DNA of 64,000 nt. It comes from Alphaproteobacteria bacterium. GTDB lineage: Bacteria; Pseudomonadota; Alphaproteobacteria; UBA828. The stretch's first letter is position 1. The number at the start of each line of letters is the position of its first letter. The DNA is taken from contig CBDCCI010000002.1 in NCBI GenBank assembly GCA_965214705.1, positions 576,001-640,000 on the forward strand, written 5' to 3'. Below are positions 31,906-42,303 of the stretch, piece after piece. The notes beneath the pieces were generated by a model. That model searched no databases. It saw nothing but the letters and a program-made list of their open reading frames with translations, and was not told the DNA's origin. The position numbers and the translations under genes are program-made.

Positions 31906-31976
31906 GTCTTTGTACGAGGACACGTGCCAAGAGAACGACCATCCTCCGGTCTCGGTAACGCACGTGGTCCAACGCA

Positions 31977-32486
31977 TCATTCATCGAGGGGCCGGGTCCA
32001 GCGGCACTTCGGAAAGGACGTGCAGCCCAGGAAAAAGCCCTGGTCCTCGCTATTCTGGCGAACGATCGTCGGACGCCCGCAGCGCGGAAATTTTCGCTTG
32101 TCGGCCGGCGGCCGGGGGTAGGGAGGCGAGGCGGGCGGCTTCGCCCCGTCTTCCGCACAGGGCATGCACATATTCGTATCCGGCAACGCTTCCAGGCGCG
32201 GCAGGGGAATGGGGCAGCCGCATGCACGGCACAGGGTAATCCCGGCTGGGTCAATCAGCGTTCGCCCGGCCGCGTCCCCGATGCGGATTTTCATGCTGCC
32301 GCAGCCCGAGCAGCGCAGCCTTCCATAGAGCTGTCCGACGGAATTGATCGAGAGCGGTCGATCGAGCCGGGCTTCCAGCATTGCCGCGTCGATGGTTGCC
32401 TGCCGGTCGCACCCGGGACATTCCACCAGAATACTGTCGAGCGCTCTCATGCGCGCCATCCTGGGAAGAGTCCGCGCCGGCTGCAA
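31977..32486 (-). CDS. Multi zinc-ribbon protein (DksA/TraR-like finger + topoisomerase-type C4 finger)
   Basis: CRACGCPIPLPRLEALPDTNMCMPCA; RCGRPTIVRQ..FFLGCTSFPKCRWT. Confidence 0.65.
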   Translation of the reverse strand: MQPARTLPRMARMRALDSILVECPGCDRQATIDAAMLEARLDRPLSINSVGQLYGRLRCSGCGSMKIRIGDAAGRTLIDPAGITLCRACGCPIPLPRLEALPDTNMCMPCAEDGAKPPASPPYPRPPADKRKFPRCGRPTIVRQNSEDQGFFLGCTSFPKCRWTRPLDE

Positions 32487-32890
32487 TCATCGGCCGGGGC
32501 GCGTTCGCCCGTTCGGCGTTTCATGCTAGGCGTCCGGGCGGTTGGCCGGCGACACCGAAACGCAGCCCTCCCGGGGGAATACCCGGTTGTCTGCCGATTG
32601 GTATGGCGCTCGTCTTTCTCCAGAACTCCTCCGGCGGGCGGTGGCTGATGCAATGCCCGCCGCCCGCTTCCGCAATGATCCCGAGCCGGTCGCGCGCATT
32701 GAGAGGGTTCGCTCGCTGTTGAAGGCGCTGGGCGCGGCAAGACTCGGCGAAGGGATAACCGGGGTCGTGGCAACCGCCGAAGCGCCCACCTCCGGAAATA
32801 GGCGCATCGATGTGTTGATCGAGTGGCAGGCCTCGTCGGCACAGCGTCACGCGGCCGCGATTGAGGCCAAGCTCGGCCATCACGTCACGA

Positions 32891-35050
32891 CCCAAGTTGG
32901 CACTTTTTCCGGTTGCTCAATGCCGGTCTGCCCATATTTTGCGGACCGAAGTACCACATATTGGGGTAGCTCCGAGATGATGCCACTATATGTGTAATTG
33001 AGGCGCTGGAAGCGCGTTGTAGTGCCAGGAGTTGTTAGGTATTGACGATTTTCCCTTGACCCCAGACCCCAAGCCGACAAATCTTGGCCCCTCGCAACAA
33101 TCTCGCGACGGGCGACATGTTCATCAGGGCAACCAAGACCCACACCACCGACGGCAAGCCCGTCCGAAGCCATCGCCTCGTGCTTTCCCAGCGCATCGGC
33201 GACAAGGTCAGGCAGCGCACGCTCCTCAACCTCGGCACCGACTATCCGGTGCCGAAGGAGAAATGGCGCGAAGTGGCCGAACTCGCCGAGGCGCTGCTGC
33301 ACGGCCGCCCGCCGCTGCTCCAAGCCGTCCCGGACGTGCAGGCCGCAGCCGAGGACATCGTCGCCAAGCTCAGGGCCAGGGGGTTCCGCGTCGAGGCGAT
33401 GCAGGAAGAGGCGCGCAAGCCCGAGATCGCCACCGTCGACCTCGATACCCTGGAGCACGAGAACCCGCGCACCGTCGGCTGCGAGCGCCTGTGCCTCAAG
33501 GCCCTCGACGACCTTGGCTTCGCCGACATCCTCCACGGCCTTGGCATCAAAGGCCGAGACGGGCGCATCGCGAGCGCGCTGATCGTCGCCAGGATGGTCC
33601 ATCCCGCCAGCGAGCGTGATACCAGCCGCTGGCTCCGCCACGACAGCGCGGCCGCCGAGCTCCTGGGCCTGGAGGGCGACCGCAAGGCGCTGCGGCGCAA
33701 GACGCTCTACCGCATCGGCGACCTGCTCTGGCGCCACCGGGCCGCCATCCAGAGGGAACTGTTCAACCGTGAGCGCGCGCTGCTCGACCTGCCCGAGACG
33801 ATCGCCTTCTACGATCTCACCAACGTCCACTACCACGGCCACACGGGCGGCGAGCTTCCCAGGTTCGGGCGCTCCAAGCAGAAGCGCGACGACTGTCCCC
33901 TCATCACGCTGGCGCTGGCGCTCGACGGCGCGGGCTTCCCGCGCAGTTGCGAGATCCTGCCGGGCAACGTGAGCGAGCCGGGCACGCTGCACGAGGCGCT
34001 GGCGCGGCTCGAGGCGGTGTGCGGCGGCACGGCGCCGAAGCCCACGGTGGTCATGGACGCGGGCATCGCCACCGAGAAAAACATCGCGTGGCTGGGCGAG
34101 CAGGGCTACGACTGGATCGCGGTCAGCCGCGGTGCCAGGCCTGCGCCGCCCGAGGGCGGACCCGAGGCCCTGCTGATCACCAGCGCGCGCCACGAGGTGC
34201 GGGCCTGGCGGCTTGCCAGCGAGGACGGCGAGGCGCGGCTCTACGTCGTCAGCGAGGGCAAGAAGAAGGCCGAGAACGCGATCATCGGCCTGAGGCGGAA
34301 CCGCTTCGAGGCGGCGCTGGAAAGGCTCCACAGCGGCCTCCCGGTCAAGCGCCGCCTCAAGCGCTACGACAAGGTGCTGGAGAGCATAGGCCGCCTCAAG
34401 CAGCGCTTCTCCGCCGTCGCCAGGCACTACGAGATCACGGTCGAGAAGGCGAAAACCGGCCCCAATGCCACCGCCGTGCGCTTCAAGCGCAGGCCGCGAT
34501 ACGACGAGGCCGATGAGGGCGCCGGCGCCTATGTGCTGCGCACCAGCCACGTCGACTGGGATATCGAGACGGTCCTGCGGACGTACTGGCGGATCACGGA
34601 TATCGAGGCGACATTCAAGAGCCTAAAATCCGAGCTCGGCCTTCGCCCGATCTGGCACCAGCTCGACCGGCGCATCGCGGCCCACCTGCTGATCGCCGTG
34701 CTGGCCTACCACGCCGTGCATCTGATCCGTACCCGGCTGGCCGCGCGCGGCATCCACAAGTGCTGGGCATCGATCCGCGAGAGCATGCGGACCTGGGTGC
34801 GGATCACCACGCGCCTGCGCCAGACCGACGGCACGTTGATCGTCAATCGACAGGACACGCGCCCGGCCGCTGAGGTAGCCGCAATCTCCTCGGCGGCGGG
34901 CGTGGAACCCGCCATCCACCGCACGAGGACCCGCCTGCCGAACTGACAGAATCCAACAAAATGTAGTGCCATGTTGGAATCGGCCGAGAGAAATATCGCG
35001 TTACATCAACATGATAAAGGACATGGGTAGGACAAAAGTGCCAACCTGGG
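32891..35050 (+). mobile_element. IS1634-family element, copy A (2160 bp)
   Basis: TIR CCCAAGTTGGCACTTT/AAAGTGCCAACCTGGG; 4-bp TSD ACGA. Confidence 0.93.
33117..34946 (+). CDS. IS1634 DDE transposase
   Basis: RQRTLLNLG, FYDLTNVHY, FGRSKQKRDD, VVMDAGIAT, IEATFKSLKSELGLRPIWH. Confidence 0.93.
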   Translation: MFIRATKTHTTDGKPVRSHRLVLSQRIGDKVRQRTLLNLGTDYPVPKEKWREVAELAEALLHGRPPLLQAVPDVQAAAEDIVAKLRARGFRVEAMQEEARKPEIATVDLDTLEHENPRTVGCERLCLKALDDLGFADILHGLGIKGRDGRIASALIVARMVHPASERDTSRWLRHDSAAAELLGLEGDRKALRRKTLYRIGDLLWRHRAAIQRELFNRERALLDLPETIAFYDLTNVHYHGHTGGELPRFGRSKQKRDDCPLITLALALDGAGFPRSCEILPGNVSEPGTLHEALARLEAVCGGTAPKPTVVMDAGIATEKNIAWLGEQGYDWIAVSRGARPAPPEGGPEALLITSARHEVRAWRLASEDGEARLYVVSEGKKKAENAIIGLRRNRFEAALERLHSGLPVKRRLKRYDKVLESIGRLKQRFSAVARHYEITVEKAKTGPNATAVRFKRRPRYDEADEGAGAYVLRTSHVDWDIETVLRTYWRITDIEATFKSLKSELGLRPIWHQLDRRIAAHLLIAVLAYHAVHLIRTRLAARGIHKCWASIRESMRTWVRITTRLRQTDGTLIVNRQDTRPAAEVAAISSAAGVEPAIHRTRTRLPN

Positions 35051-35403
35051 ACGAGCGGTCAGTTGCCGGCCTATCGCAAACATCTGCGGAAGATCGCGAA
35101 GGACCGTGGGCTGTTGGTCGTCGCCGCGCCGCGACTGACGGGCGGAACCGAAGGATCGCTTCGGCGCAATCATGACTGGCGCTGGGCAATATGGCGCGAC
35201 CTGTTGATCGCATACGAACGGACACTGCCGGTCGACTACGACGATGCCGAGTACCTCCGGTTCCGCAGAACTCTCTGGGATCAGACCGGCTGAGATCCGC
35301 CGCGATTTCTCGAAATCCGATCGGCCTGCGGATTGGCTGCCGAGCGGCACGGCAAGCGTCAAATCTGGCGGGACTCAGGGGGGCAAAGTTGGACGCCAAC
35401 ACC

Positions 35404-36084
35404 TCATGCCCGTGTGAATTTCCAGACCACCTTTCCGACGATGTGGGCCTCTTCGGCGCGGCACTCGTAGGCCGGATAGTCGGGATTGGCGGAGAGCAGG
35501 CTGAGCATGCCGTCTGCGGAGAGGCCGGCGACGCGCTTGACGACGAGGCCGGTGCCGTCCCACAGCACGAACAACTCGCCCGTGACGGGGATGCGCCTTG
35601 CGGTGTCGACAACGACGCGGTCGCCGTCGCGCAACTCGGGCTCCATCGAGTTGCCGCGTACGCGGAGAATGCGGAGCGCATCGGGGTCGGCGTGGCCCTC
35701 GTGGCGGACCATGACTTCCGGCAGGCGCCAGCGCGCCCTCTCCTGAACGAACTCCTCGGCGAAGGCGCCGGGCCCGGCGGAAGCCTCGACCTCGACCTCC
35801 ATGACGGTGGCGAGCGCGGGTGCGGCGGCGGGAGTCTTGCGCCGCTTGCCTGTCCAGGGCTTGGGCGCCGGCAGCTCGTCGTGGCGGAACGCTGCGGGGT
35901 CCGAGCCGAGGAGCTTTCCAAGCGCCTCGCTGTCCTGGTGCGAGAGCACCCGGGGCATGCGGCGGGAGAAGTATTGCTGAAGATAGGCCTTGTTGCGGCC
36001 GATGGCGAGGGAGGCCTCGGAGAGGGACACTCCGTTCTTCCATAGCGCCTGGCGCAGGCTGTCTCGCGGTGGATCGGGACTCAT
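35404..36084 (-). CDS. CI/LexA-like repressor with S24 peptidase domain
   Basis: N-terminal HTH-like LSEASLAIGRNKAYLQQY; VRGNSMEP, VVKRV, LLSANPDY, IVGKVVW. Confidence 0.88.
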   Translation of the reverse strand: MSPDPPRDSLRQALWKNGVSLSEASLAIGRNKAYLQQYFSRRMPRVLSHQDSEALGKLLGSDPAAFRHDELPAPKPWTGKRRKTPAAAPALATVMEVEVEASAGPGAFAEEFVQERARWRLPEVMVRHEGHADPDALRILRVRGNSMEPELRDGDRVVVDTARRIPVTGELFVLWDGTGLVVKRVAGLSADGMLSLLSANPDYPAYECRAEEAHIVGKVVWKFTRA

Positions 36085-36173
36085 GTCATCTCCTTGCGTG
36101 TATTCCGAGAGTGAAGGATATTTCCTAAACAAAACGATTGTCAATGGCGCATGTTCCACCTATGTTCACCCGC

Positions 36174-36300
36174 ATGGGCACTCTCGATCACGCTATCCGT
36201 GAGCGGATCACGGTCTATTTGAAGCGCGCCGGCGTCTCCGGCCGGCGCTTCGAACTCGATGTGCCCGGCGATCCCGGCTTCGTCGCCTCGTTCGAGCTCG
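36174..36300 (+). pseudogene. Divergent Cro-like regulator remnant
   Basis: MGTLDHAIRERITVYLKRAGVSGRRF..GDPGFV, head-to-head with the CI-like gene. Confidence 0.45.
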
Positions 36301-36925
36301 GGACAATCCTGGATGCCGGAGACAAACCGGCCCGGCCCCGAATGCGGTCGAGCCCGTTCCGCTCCGCACACGTAGACGGCTGCGGCTGCCCTGGGCTTCG
36401 CGCGGGACCCGCCCGGCGGGATGCCGGGAAGGGGCACAAGCCCGCGCTACGCTGGCGACGGGCGCCGGCCGATCAACAACCTGCGCGGTTTCGACGACCG
36501 CGTCGCCGAGGACGAGCGCATCGTCGTGTCGAGTCGGAGGACGGTTGCCGCCGCGATGGCCGGAAAATCGCCGCCGGCGAAAATAAATTTTTGGCGTACT
36601 CCAGAGTAGTCAGGAGTACTCAGGAGTGCTCTATGGGGCATATGTCTGTGTCAACTGTCTGTAACCATTGATCTATCCGAGTTGACAGCCCGTCTTTGGC
36701 ACGTTCTCTTGCGTGCCTTCAACGACCGGAAGGAGCTGTGGCGGCGATGCTAATGGGGGCGAAAATCGGCGAAACGAACGCGCTGTTTGTGGGCCTTTTC
36801 CACGGTTTCGCAGCGCAATCGGCGCCGCAGCCGGCCAAGCCTGGGGCGATGCCCCTTCCGCCGTGCGCGCCGTGCCGGGGCCGCCTCATGCAGGCGCCAT
36901 TCTCGATCAAGGGGAGATGAATGAG

Positions 36926-38905
36926 ATGAGAACCTTCGAACTGTCCATCTGCGCCCTCCTGCTCGCCGCAGGCGGAGGCTGGGCGATCTGGCTCACCACC
37001 GGCTACAGGCCGAACGACCTCGCCGCCGCCGCTCTCGCGCTCGCGGCCGCGGCGTCGCTCGCGGCCTACTATGCGACCGGACGCGAGCGCTCCGGAGGCT
37101 GGATCCGCTTCGGGCTCTACAGCGCGGGCCTCTCGGTTGCCATCGCGTCGTTCTGGACCGGCATCGTACGCCCCGTCGGGGAGGTCCAGTGGCCCGACGC
37201 TACCCTGGACTGGCTGCTTGGATTGGAAGGGTCCGGGCTGGTCGTGCTGGTGCTCCCGATCGTGGCCGTCCCGGTGCTGGCCCTGCTCTGGTGCGGGGCG
37301 GCTTACCATCTGATCGGGCAGGCCGGCGGCGGCGAGCGCCGCCGGCGCGCGAAGTCCGACCTCCACGGCAGGGCCGCGCTGCTGGACCGGCGCTCCATGC
37401 GCAAGCTGGCGAAGCGACGGGGCATCCTGCTCGGCCAGTGGGGCGAGCGGAGGAAGGCGCCCCTGATCGGCTGGTCCCTCGAGGGCTCGGCCATCACCGT
37501 CGCCCCGCCCCGCGCCGGAAAGGGCGCCCTCATCGCCCTCAACCTGCTCTCGCCCGAGGGCCGCGGCTTCGACGGTTCCACCGTCACCATCGATCCGCGC
37601 GGCGAGCTCTATTGCATCGCCTCGCGCCGCCGCCGCGAGATGGGCCGGCGGACCGTGCTCATCGACCCCTTCGGCGTGGTGAGGAAGCACAGGGAGGATT
37701 TCGGGGGGTGCCTGGTGCCGGAGGTGATCAGCTCCACCTACAACCCGCTCTCGTTCATCCGCGAGGACGAGGGCCTCGCCGTGCGCGACATCAACGTGCT
37801 GCTCGACGCCCTGCTGACCCCGCCGCGTCCGGGCGCGCCCGAGAACAGCCGGCACTTCTACGAGTCCGCCCGCGCCATCGTCGCCGGATACATGGCCTGG
37901 GTGCGCTTCCGCGAGCCGCGCGAGTTCCAGACCCTGGGCATGGTCCATCGCCTGCTCTCCATGGGGCCGGGCGAGCGGGAGGAGTTTGCCGAGCATGTCC
38001 GGCGCACGGAGCGCTTCGCCGGCGGGCTGGCGCACATCGCCGTCGAGCGCCAGGCGCAGGTGGGCAAGGAGGAAGGCGGGTCGAACTTCAGCACCATCGC
38101 CAACCAGCTCTCCTTCCTCAACTACCCGGAGCTGCTCGCTCACACCTCCGGGCAGAGGGGCTTCAATCCGCTGACGCTGGCCTACGGCGACACGGACCTG
38201 TTCGTCGTCGTGCCGGAGGAGACCGTCGAGCACGTCAAGGGCTGGCTCCGCCTCTGGGTCGCCATCCCCAACGCCGTGGCGGGCAGAAAGCCGCTCGAGC
38301 GCGACATGCTGATCGTCATCGACGAGATGCCGAGGCTCGGATACCTCAAGCCGGTGATGGACGGCTATACCATGGCCGCCGGCAAGGGGGTGCACTTCTG
38401 GTGCTTCGCCCAGTCGATCTCGGCGCTGGATTCGACCTGGGGCAAGGAGCACCGCAAGACGCTGCTGGACCTTGCCGAGGTCGTCCAGATCCTCGGCTTC
38501 CCGCGCACCGACGCGGAGGGCGCGGAGGAGATGTCCAAGGCCATCGGCACCGCCACCTTCGAGGGCCGGACCGAGAGCCGCTCGGGCAGTGTCTCGGACA
38601 GCCGCGTGGTTGCCGGCAACACGCAGTGGCAGGCGGGAGAATCGTTCAGTCTGGTGCGCGAGCGGCTGGTGACGCCCGACGAGCTGATGACGATGGGGCC
38701 GGACCGGCAGTACGTGATCGGGGCGGCCAAGGACATCAAGCGCGACGCGCTTCATCTCCACCACGCGAACTATTGGGAGCGGCCTGACACGTACTACCTG
38801 GCCGATCCCAACCCGTACGTTCTGCGCAAGGAACGGGCGGCGGCCGACGCTGCTGTGGGCGGTGGAACGCGCCGGCCGACGACGATCATGGGAGGTGCGG
38901 AATGA
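36926..38905 (+). CDS. virD4: Type IV coupling protein VirD4/TraG
   Basis: N-terminal TMs, LHGRA, APPRAGKG, IDPRGEL, YNPL, IDEMPRLG, AQSISAL, RLVTPDELM; GGGGAG RBS. Confidence 0.9.
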   Translation: MRTFELSICALLLAAGGGWAIWLTTGYRPNDLAAAALALAAAASLAAYYATGRERSGGWIRFGLYSAGLSVAIASFWTGIVRPVGEVQWPDATLDWLLGLEGSGLVVLVLPIVAVPVLALLWCGAAYHLIGQAGGGERRRRAKSDLHGRAALLDRRSMRKLAKRRGILLGQWGERRKAPLIGWSLEGSAITVAPPRAGKGALIALNLLSPEGRGFDGSTVTIDPRGELYCIASRRRREMGRRTVLIDPFGVVRKHREDFGGCLVPEVISSTYNPLSFIREDEGLAVRDINVLLDALLTPPRPGAPENSRHFYESARAIVAGYMAWVRFREPREFQTLGMVHRLLSMGPGEREEFAEHVRRTERFAGGLAHIAVERQAQVGKEEGGSNFSTIANQLSFLNYPELLAHTSGQRGFNPLTLAYGDTDLFVVVPEETVEHVKGWLRLWVAIPNAVAGRKPLERDMLIVIDEMPRLGYLKPVMDGYTMAAGKGVHFWCFAQSISALDSTWGKEHRKTLLDLAEVVQILGFPRTDAEGAEEMSKAIGTATFEGRTESRSGSVSDSRVVAGNTQWQAGESFSLVRERLVTPDELMTMGPDRQYVIGAAKDIKRDALHLHHANYWERPDTYYLADPNPYVLRKERAAADAAVGGGTRRPTTIMGGAE

Positions 38906-39642
38906 CTGCCAAGAGGCCCACGATGCCGGTTGGCGTCGACCTGGATCACGACCATGAGGAGACACGGCCCGTCAACGGGCAGCGGCACGTACCGTGGAGC
39001 GAAGCCCACAGTGGCATCCCCGCGGAAGAAGAATCCGCAGGCGCAGGCGGTGCGCCTTCCGGCGACGGCCCGGCCCCGGCGGCGCCCGACGCCGGGGCGG
39101 ACCCCGCTCCGGCGGAGAAGCGCGGCGGCGATGTGCGGTCAGGCGGCGAAAGCTGGCTCTTCGCGCGCTATGTCGCGGAGAAGATCGCCGAGTACGAAGG
39201 GCGTGGACAGGAACCGCCGCAGGCTGCGCAGGAAGACGCTGAGCAGCCGGCCGACCTGCACGGCGGGGGCGCCGCCGCGACAGGAGCGGAGCCCGAGCGA
39301 TCGCCGGACGCGGCTCACGAGCCCCGGGACGCGGCGATGAGCGCGGCTGAGGAACTCGCGGCCGCGCTCCGCGCCTTCAAGGCCGACTTCGTGCATTGGG
39401 CCGATAACGAAAGACGCCGGCGCAGGCGCTGGGCGGGCCTCGCGATGGCCGCGGGCTTCCCCGCCTGCGTCCTTCTCGGCCTGCTGGTCCAGGTGCAATT
39501 CGAGGTCATCCCCCTGCACGATCTCACCCGAGGCTGGGGCGAGCACATCTGGAATGCATACGGTCGCATCATCGTCGATTGCGAACTCGAGGCGATGAGG
39601 ACGGACAGCGAGATCGATTGCTCGCTGACGGTGCGGCCGTGA
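38902..39642 (+). CDS. Hypothetical single-TM protein
   Basis: ATGA-coupled to virD4; RRRRRW followed by a hydrophobic helix. Confidence 0.7.
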   Translation: MTAKRPTMPVGVDLDHDHEETRPVNGQRHVPWSEAHSGIPAEEESAGAGGAPSGDGPAPAAPDAGADPAPAEKRGGDVRSGGESWLFARYVAEKIAEYEGRGQEPPQAAQEDAEQPADLHGGGAAATGAEPERSPDAAHEPRDAAMSAAEELAAALRAFKADFVHWADNERRRRRRWAGLAMAAGFPACVLLGLLVQVQFEVIPLHDLTRGWGEHIWNAYGRIIVDCELEAMRTDSEIDCSLTVRP

Positions 39643-39707
39643 CTGCGGTGGAGAGAAAGCGGCGGGGAACGCGAACCCCGCCGCGACGAAACAGGAGGAA
39701 ACCTGTG

Positions 39708-39920
39708 ATGGGCAACACCTTGGTACGCGAGCTGATGCGCCGCGAGGAGGTCGAGGAGCGCTTCGGCGTCTCGCGAAGCTGGATCTATTGCGAGATGCGC
39801 GCGGGGCGCTTCCCGGAGCCGGTGAAGATCGGCAAGCGCAGCGTGAGATGGCGGGTGGTGGACCTCGACGAGTGGGCTGCCGGCAGGCCTGTCTCGCGCG
39901 GAGACAACAGCGACCCCTGA
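39708..39920 (+). CDS. alpA: AlpA-family regulator/excisionase
   Basis: AGGAGG RBS; LMRREEVEERFGVSRSWIY..GRFPEPVKIGKRSVRW. Confidence 0.9.
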   Translation: MGNTLVRELMRREEVEERFGVSRSWIYCEMRAGRFPEPVKIGKRSVRWRVVDLDEWAAGRPVSRGDNSDP

Positions 39921-40189
39921 TCGCCACCGGCGCTCGGGGCCGTGAGGCTCCGACCCGGGGCGTTCGCATGTTCGAGCTAAACAGGAGCAGCGAGGTCACC
40001 GTCTCATGCGCGACGGCGGTGGCCGAATTCGGCGCGAAGCGAAACTGTTCCTCCAGGCCTTGGAATAGTCGCGGCACACCCTGGATGGATCGTCCTGTCG
40101 CTGAACCAGGAACGGGAGAACGCACACACAAAGAAGCCGCTCGCCGAGATCATCTCCGGGAGAACCGGCGGGTGGCCCAGCCCTGCGCG

Positions 40190-40365
40190 GTTCTTCTTAT
40201 CTTCAGAAAACGGCAGCTATCGCCAGAAGGACCTCGCCGCCGTCATCGGCTCGCATCCGCATGTCTCTGAAGTTCCGAACGGTCACCGGGCCCTGCTCCT
40301 GCAGATGGTTTGAGCCGCCGGCGAATTTCGGGGCTTCACCCCCCGCCTCATTGAAGGGGAATTAT
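40190..40365 (+). pseudogene. HigA-like HTH antitoxin remnant
   Basis: Hand translation YRQKDLAAVIGSHPHVSEVPNGHRALLLQMV*. Confidence 0.4.
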
Positions 40366-40689
40366 CTCGGATGGTGCCGGAGGGATAGGGGGGCGGTCCC
40401 AGAATTGATTGGACTCGAGTCTCCACCATGCACTCCGCGAGGCCAAGGTCTGCGTCGGAATACTCTATGAGCCGGCTATACACCGCTGCGAGGGCAAGAT
40501 CGGCCACAGGCATGGGTGTCCGACCGTTCGCAAGTTCCCTAAAGGAATCGAGCGCGTCAATCACGGCTTCCTCTGCTGAGTGCCGTTGCAGAGCTAAGCA
40601 TGACAGTTTGCCGGGATGTGCGCCGAGGCTGGTGTTGTTTTCGCAGAGAGAATGGCGGCGACCACCGCTGCCGCCGCCGACCGCCTCAC

Positions 40690-40950
40690 ACCACGAGCTC
40701 CTGGTAGCGCAACCCCTTGCCCTCCATCCCCGCGACGAGGCGAGGCATCTGGTCGACGTGTGTCCGCGTTGCGGGCATTGTGCCGGCCCGCGAACTCCCG
40801 GACATAGCGATCTAAGGTTCTTGGGGGCTGATCTTGTGGAACGTCCCCTTGTGCGCCCTCTTCAGCATCGACCAGAAGCTCTATATCCCGTTGGTGTGGG
40901 CATCTAATCCTCTCAACCCGCCATATTGTGGGGTACTCTCGCTTGCTTGC
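40690..40950 (-). pseudogene. IS1595-family transposase C-terminal remnant
   Basis: AHTNGI..FWSMLKRAHKGTFHKIS..LDRYVREFAGRHN..LRYQEL across frameshifts. Confidence 0.75.
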
Positions 40951-41004
40951 ACTGCAAGCACAGGGTAGTTTGGGCACGTCTCGTTCGACAAGGGGAATTT
41001 GCCA

Positions 41005-41250
41005 GTGGCAAGCATCACCATCCGCAATCTCGATGACGAAGTAAGGACGCGCCTGCGCGTGCGCGCCGCAGAGCACAGCCGCTCGATGGAAGAGGAGGTG
41101 CGCATCATCCTGCGCGAGGCTGTCAGCAAGAGGAGATCTAGCCCCCGAGACTTGGCGCAGTTCACTCGCGAGTGCTTCGCGCCCATTGGCGGAGTCGAGT
41201 TGGAATTGCCCTCTCGCGGTCCGATGCGCGAACCCCCGAACTTTTCCTGA
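41005..41250 (+). CDS. FitA-like ribbon-helix-helix antitoxin
   Basis: ASITIRNLDDEVRTRLRVRAAEHSRSMEEEVRIIL. Confidence 0.88.
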   Translation: MASITIRNLDDEVRTRLRVRAAEHSRSMEEEVRIILREAVSKRRSSPRDLAQFTRECFAPIGGVELELPSRGPMREPPNFS

Positions 41251-41261
41251 GGCCCATCTCA

Positions 41262-41693
41262 GTGCGGTGGGTGCTTGACACGAATGTCGCCTCCGAGCTT
41301 ATGCGTCCGGAGCCCGCATCCGCTGTCGTGGCCTGGATCGCGGAGCAGGACGCACAGGACTTGTTCTTGACGGCTGTCAGCGAAGCCGAGTTGCGCTACG
41401 GAATTGCGATTATGCCAGCCGGCAGACGCCGGGAATTGCTGGCGACTTCCATGACCCGCTGGCTGGACCTCGGCTTCTCAGACCGCATCCTGCCCTTCGA
41501 CAGCGCTGCCGCTCGCGTCTATGCCGATATCGCATCGGATCGTCGCCGCGCGGGTCGCCCGATTAGCGAAGCCGATTGCCAGATCGCGGCAATAGCTCAC
41601 TCCCGCGGCGCCTTCCTGGTGACAAGGAACGTCCGAGATTTCGAGGGTTTGGTCGTGGATATCATCAACCCTTGGTCGCTTGCACAGACTTGA
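41262..41693 (+). CDS. vapC: PIN-domain toxin (VapC/FitB)
   Basis: VLDTNVASELMRP, SEAELRYG, DCQIAAIA, LVTRNVRDF. Confidence 0.92.
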   Translation: MRWVLDTNVASELMRPEPASAVVAWIAEQDAQDLFLTAVSEAELRYGIAIMPAGRRRELLATSMTRWLDLGFSDRILPFDSAAARVYADIASDRRRAGRPISEADCQIAAIAHSRGAFLVTRNVRDFEGLVVDIINPWSLAQT

Positions 41694-42094
41694 GTTGGGT
41701 AGCCGTCGACATGTACCTTCGCCACACTCGAAGACTGGCTGCCTCTGCCGCCTCGGCGAAGACGATGCGCGATGCAGTGTGCGTGGCCCACCGTTCGTTC
41801 TTCGGTGAACTTGGGGGGCATACTTCAGGGCTGGGAATTTCTGGATGTCGCTCCTGCTAAAGACGATCGAGTCATTCCCACTGGGTCGAACCACGAACGA
41901 GTTGATGGTCCTGCTTGACGTTGCGTTCGACGGTGCGCAGCGAGAGGCAGTTGGGCGAGAACTGGCTCTTATGGGGCTGTAGAATGTCAAACAAGAAATT
42001 CAGAACCAGCTACCACATGTGTCGGCCTCCCTGGGTTCGCAGGATCGGCGGCTACTCTTGCCAGATCGGAACGCTTGTTGCACCGGTCACACGG

Positions 42095-42260
42095 CTTTGC
42101 GCGTACCCAACTCTTATCCGGGCGGTTGCCAGCGGCGAGACGCTGGCTCCATCCCACAATCCCGCTTGCTGCGGGCACAGCGTTCCGGAGGCGGGGCCCA
42201 TCTGAAGGTCGGCGTCTTTCAGCCCGCCAGTTCTCCGGCCACACGCCACCCGGCCCAGCG
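42095..42260 (-). ncRNA. Putative bridge/seek RNA of IS110 element 1 (limits approximate)
   Basis: Four ordered segments match target and donor junction (see findings). Confidence 0.72.
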
Positions 42261-42303
42261 CCGGCCGCGTCCGGCTGACGCAAGAACGGAACGGTCTCAC
42301 GAT

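Larger units (their letters stand above)
32542..35293 (+). pseudogene. PD-(D/E)XK nuclease-like protein split by IS1634
   Basis: RRIDVLI..AIEAKLGHHVT/SGQLPAY rejoins in frame on IS removal; start uncertain. Confidence 0.7.

Noticed and set aside
36719-38965. 748-aa minus and 532-aa alternate-frame ORFs
   Set aside because: Shadows of virD4.
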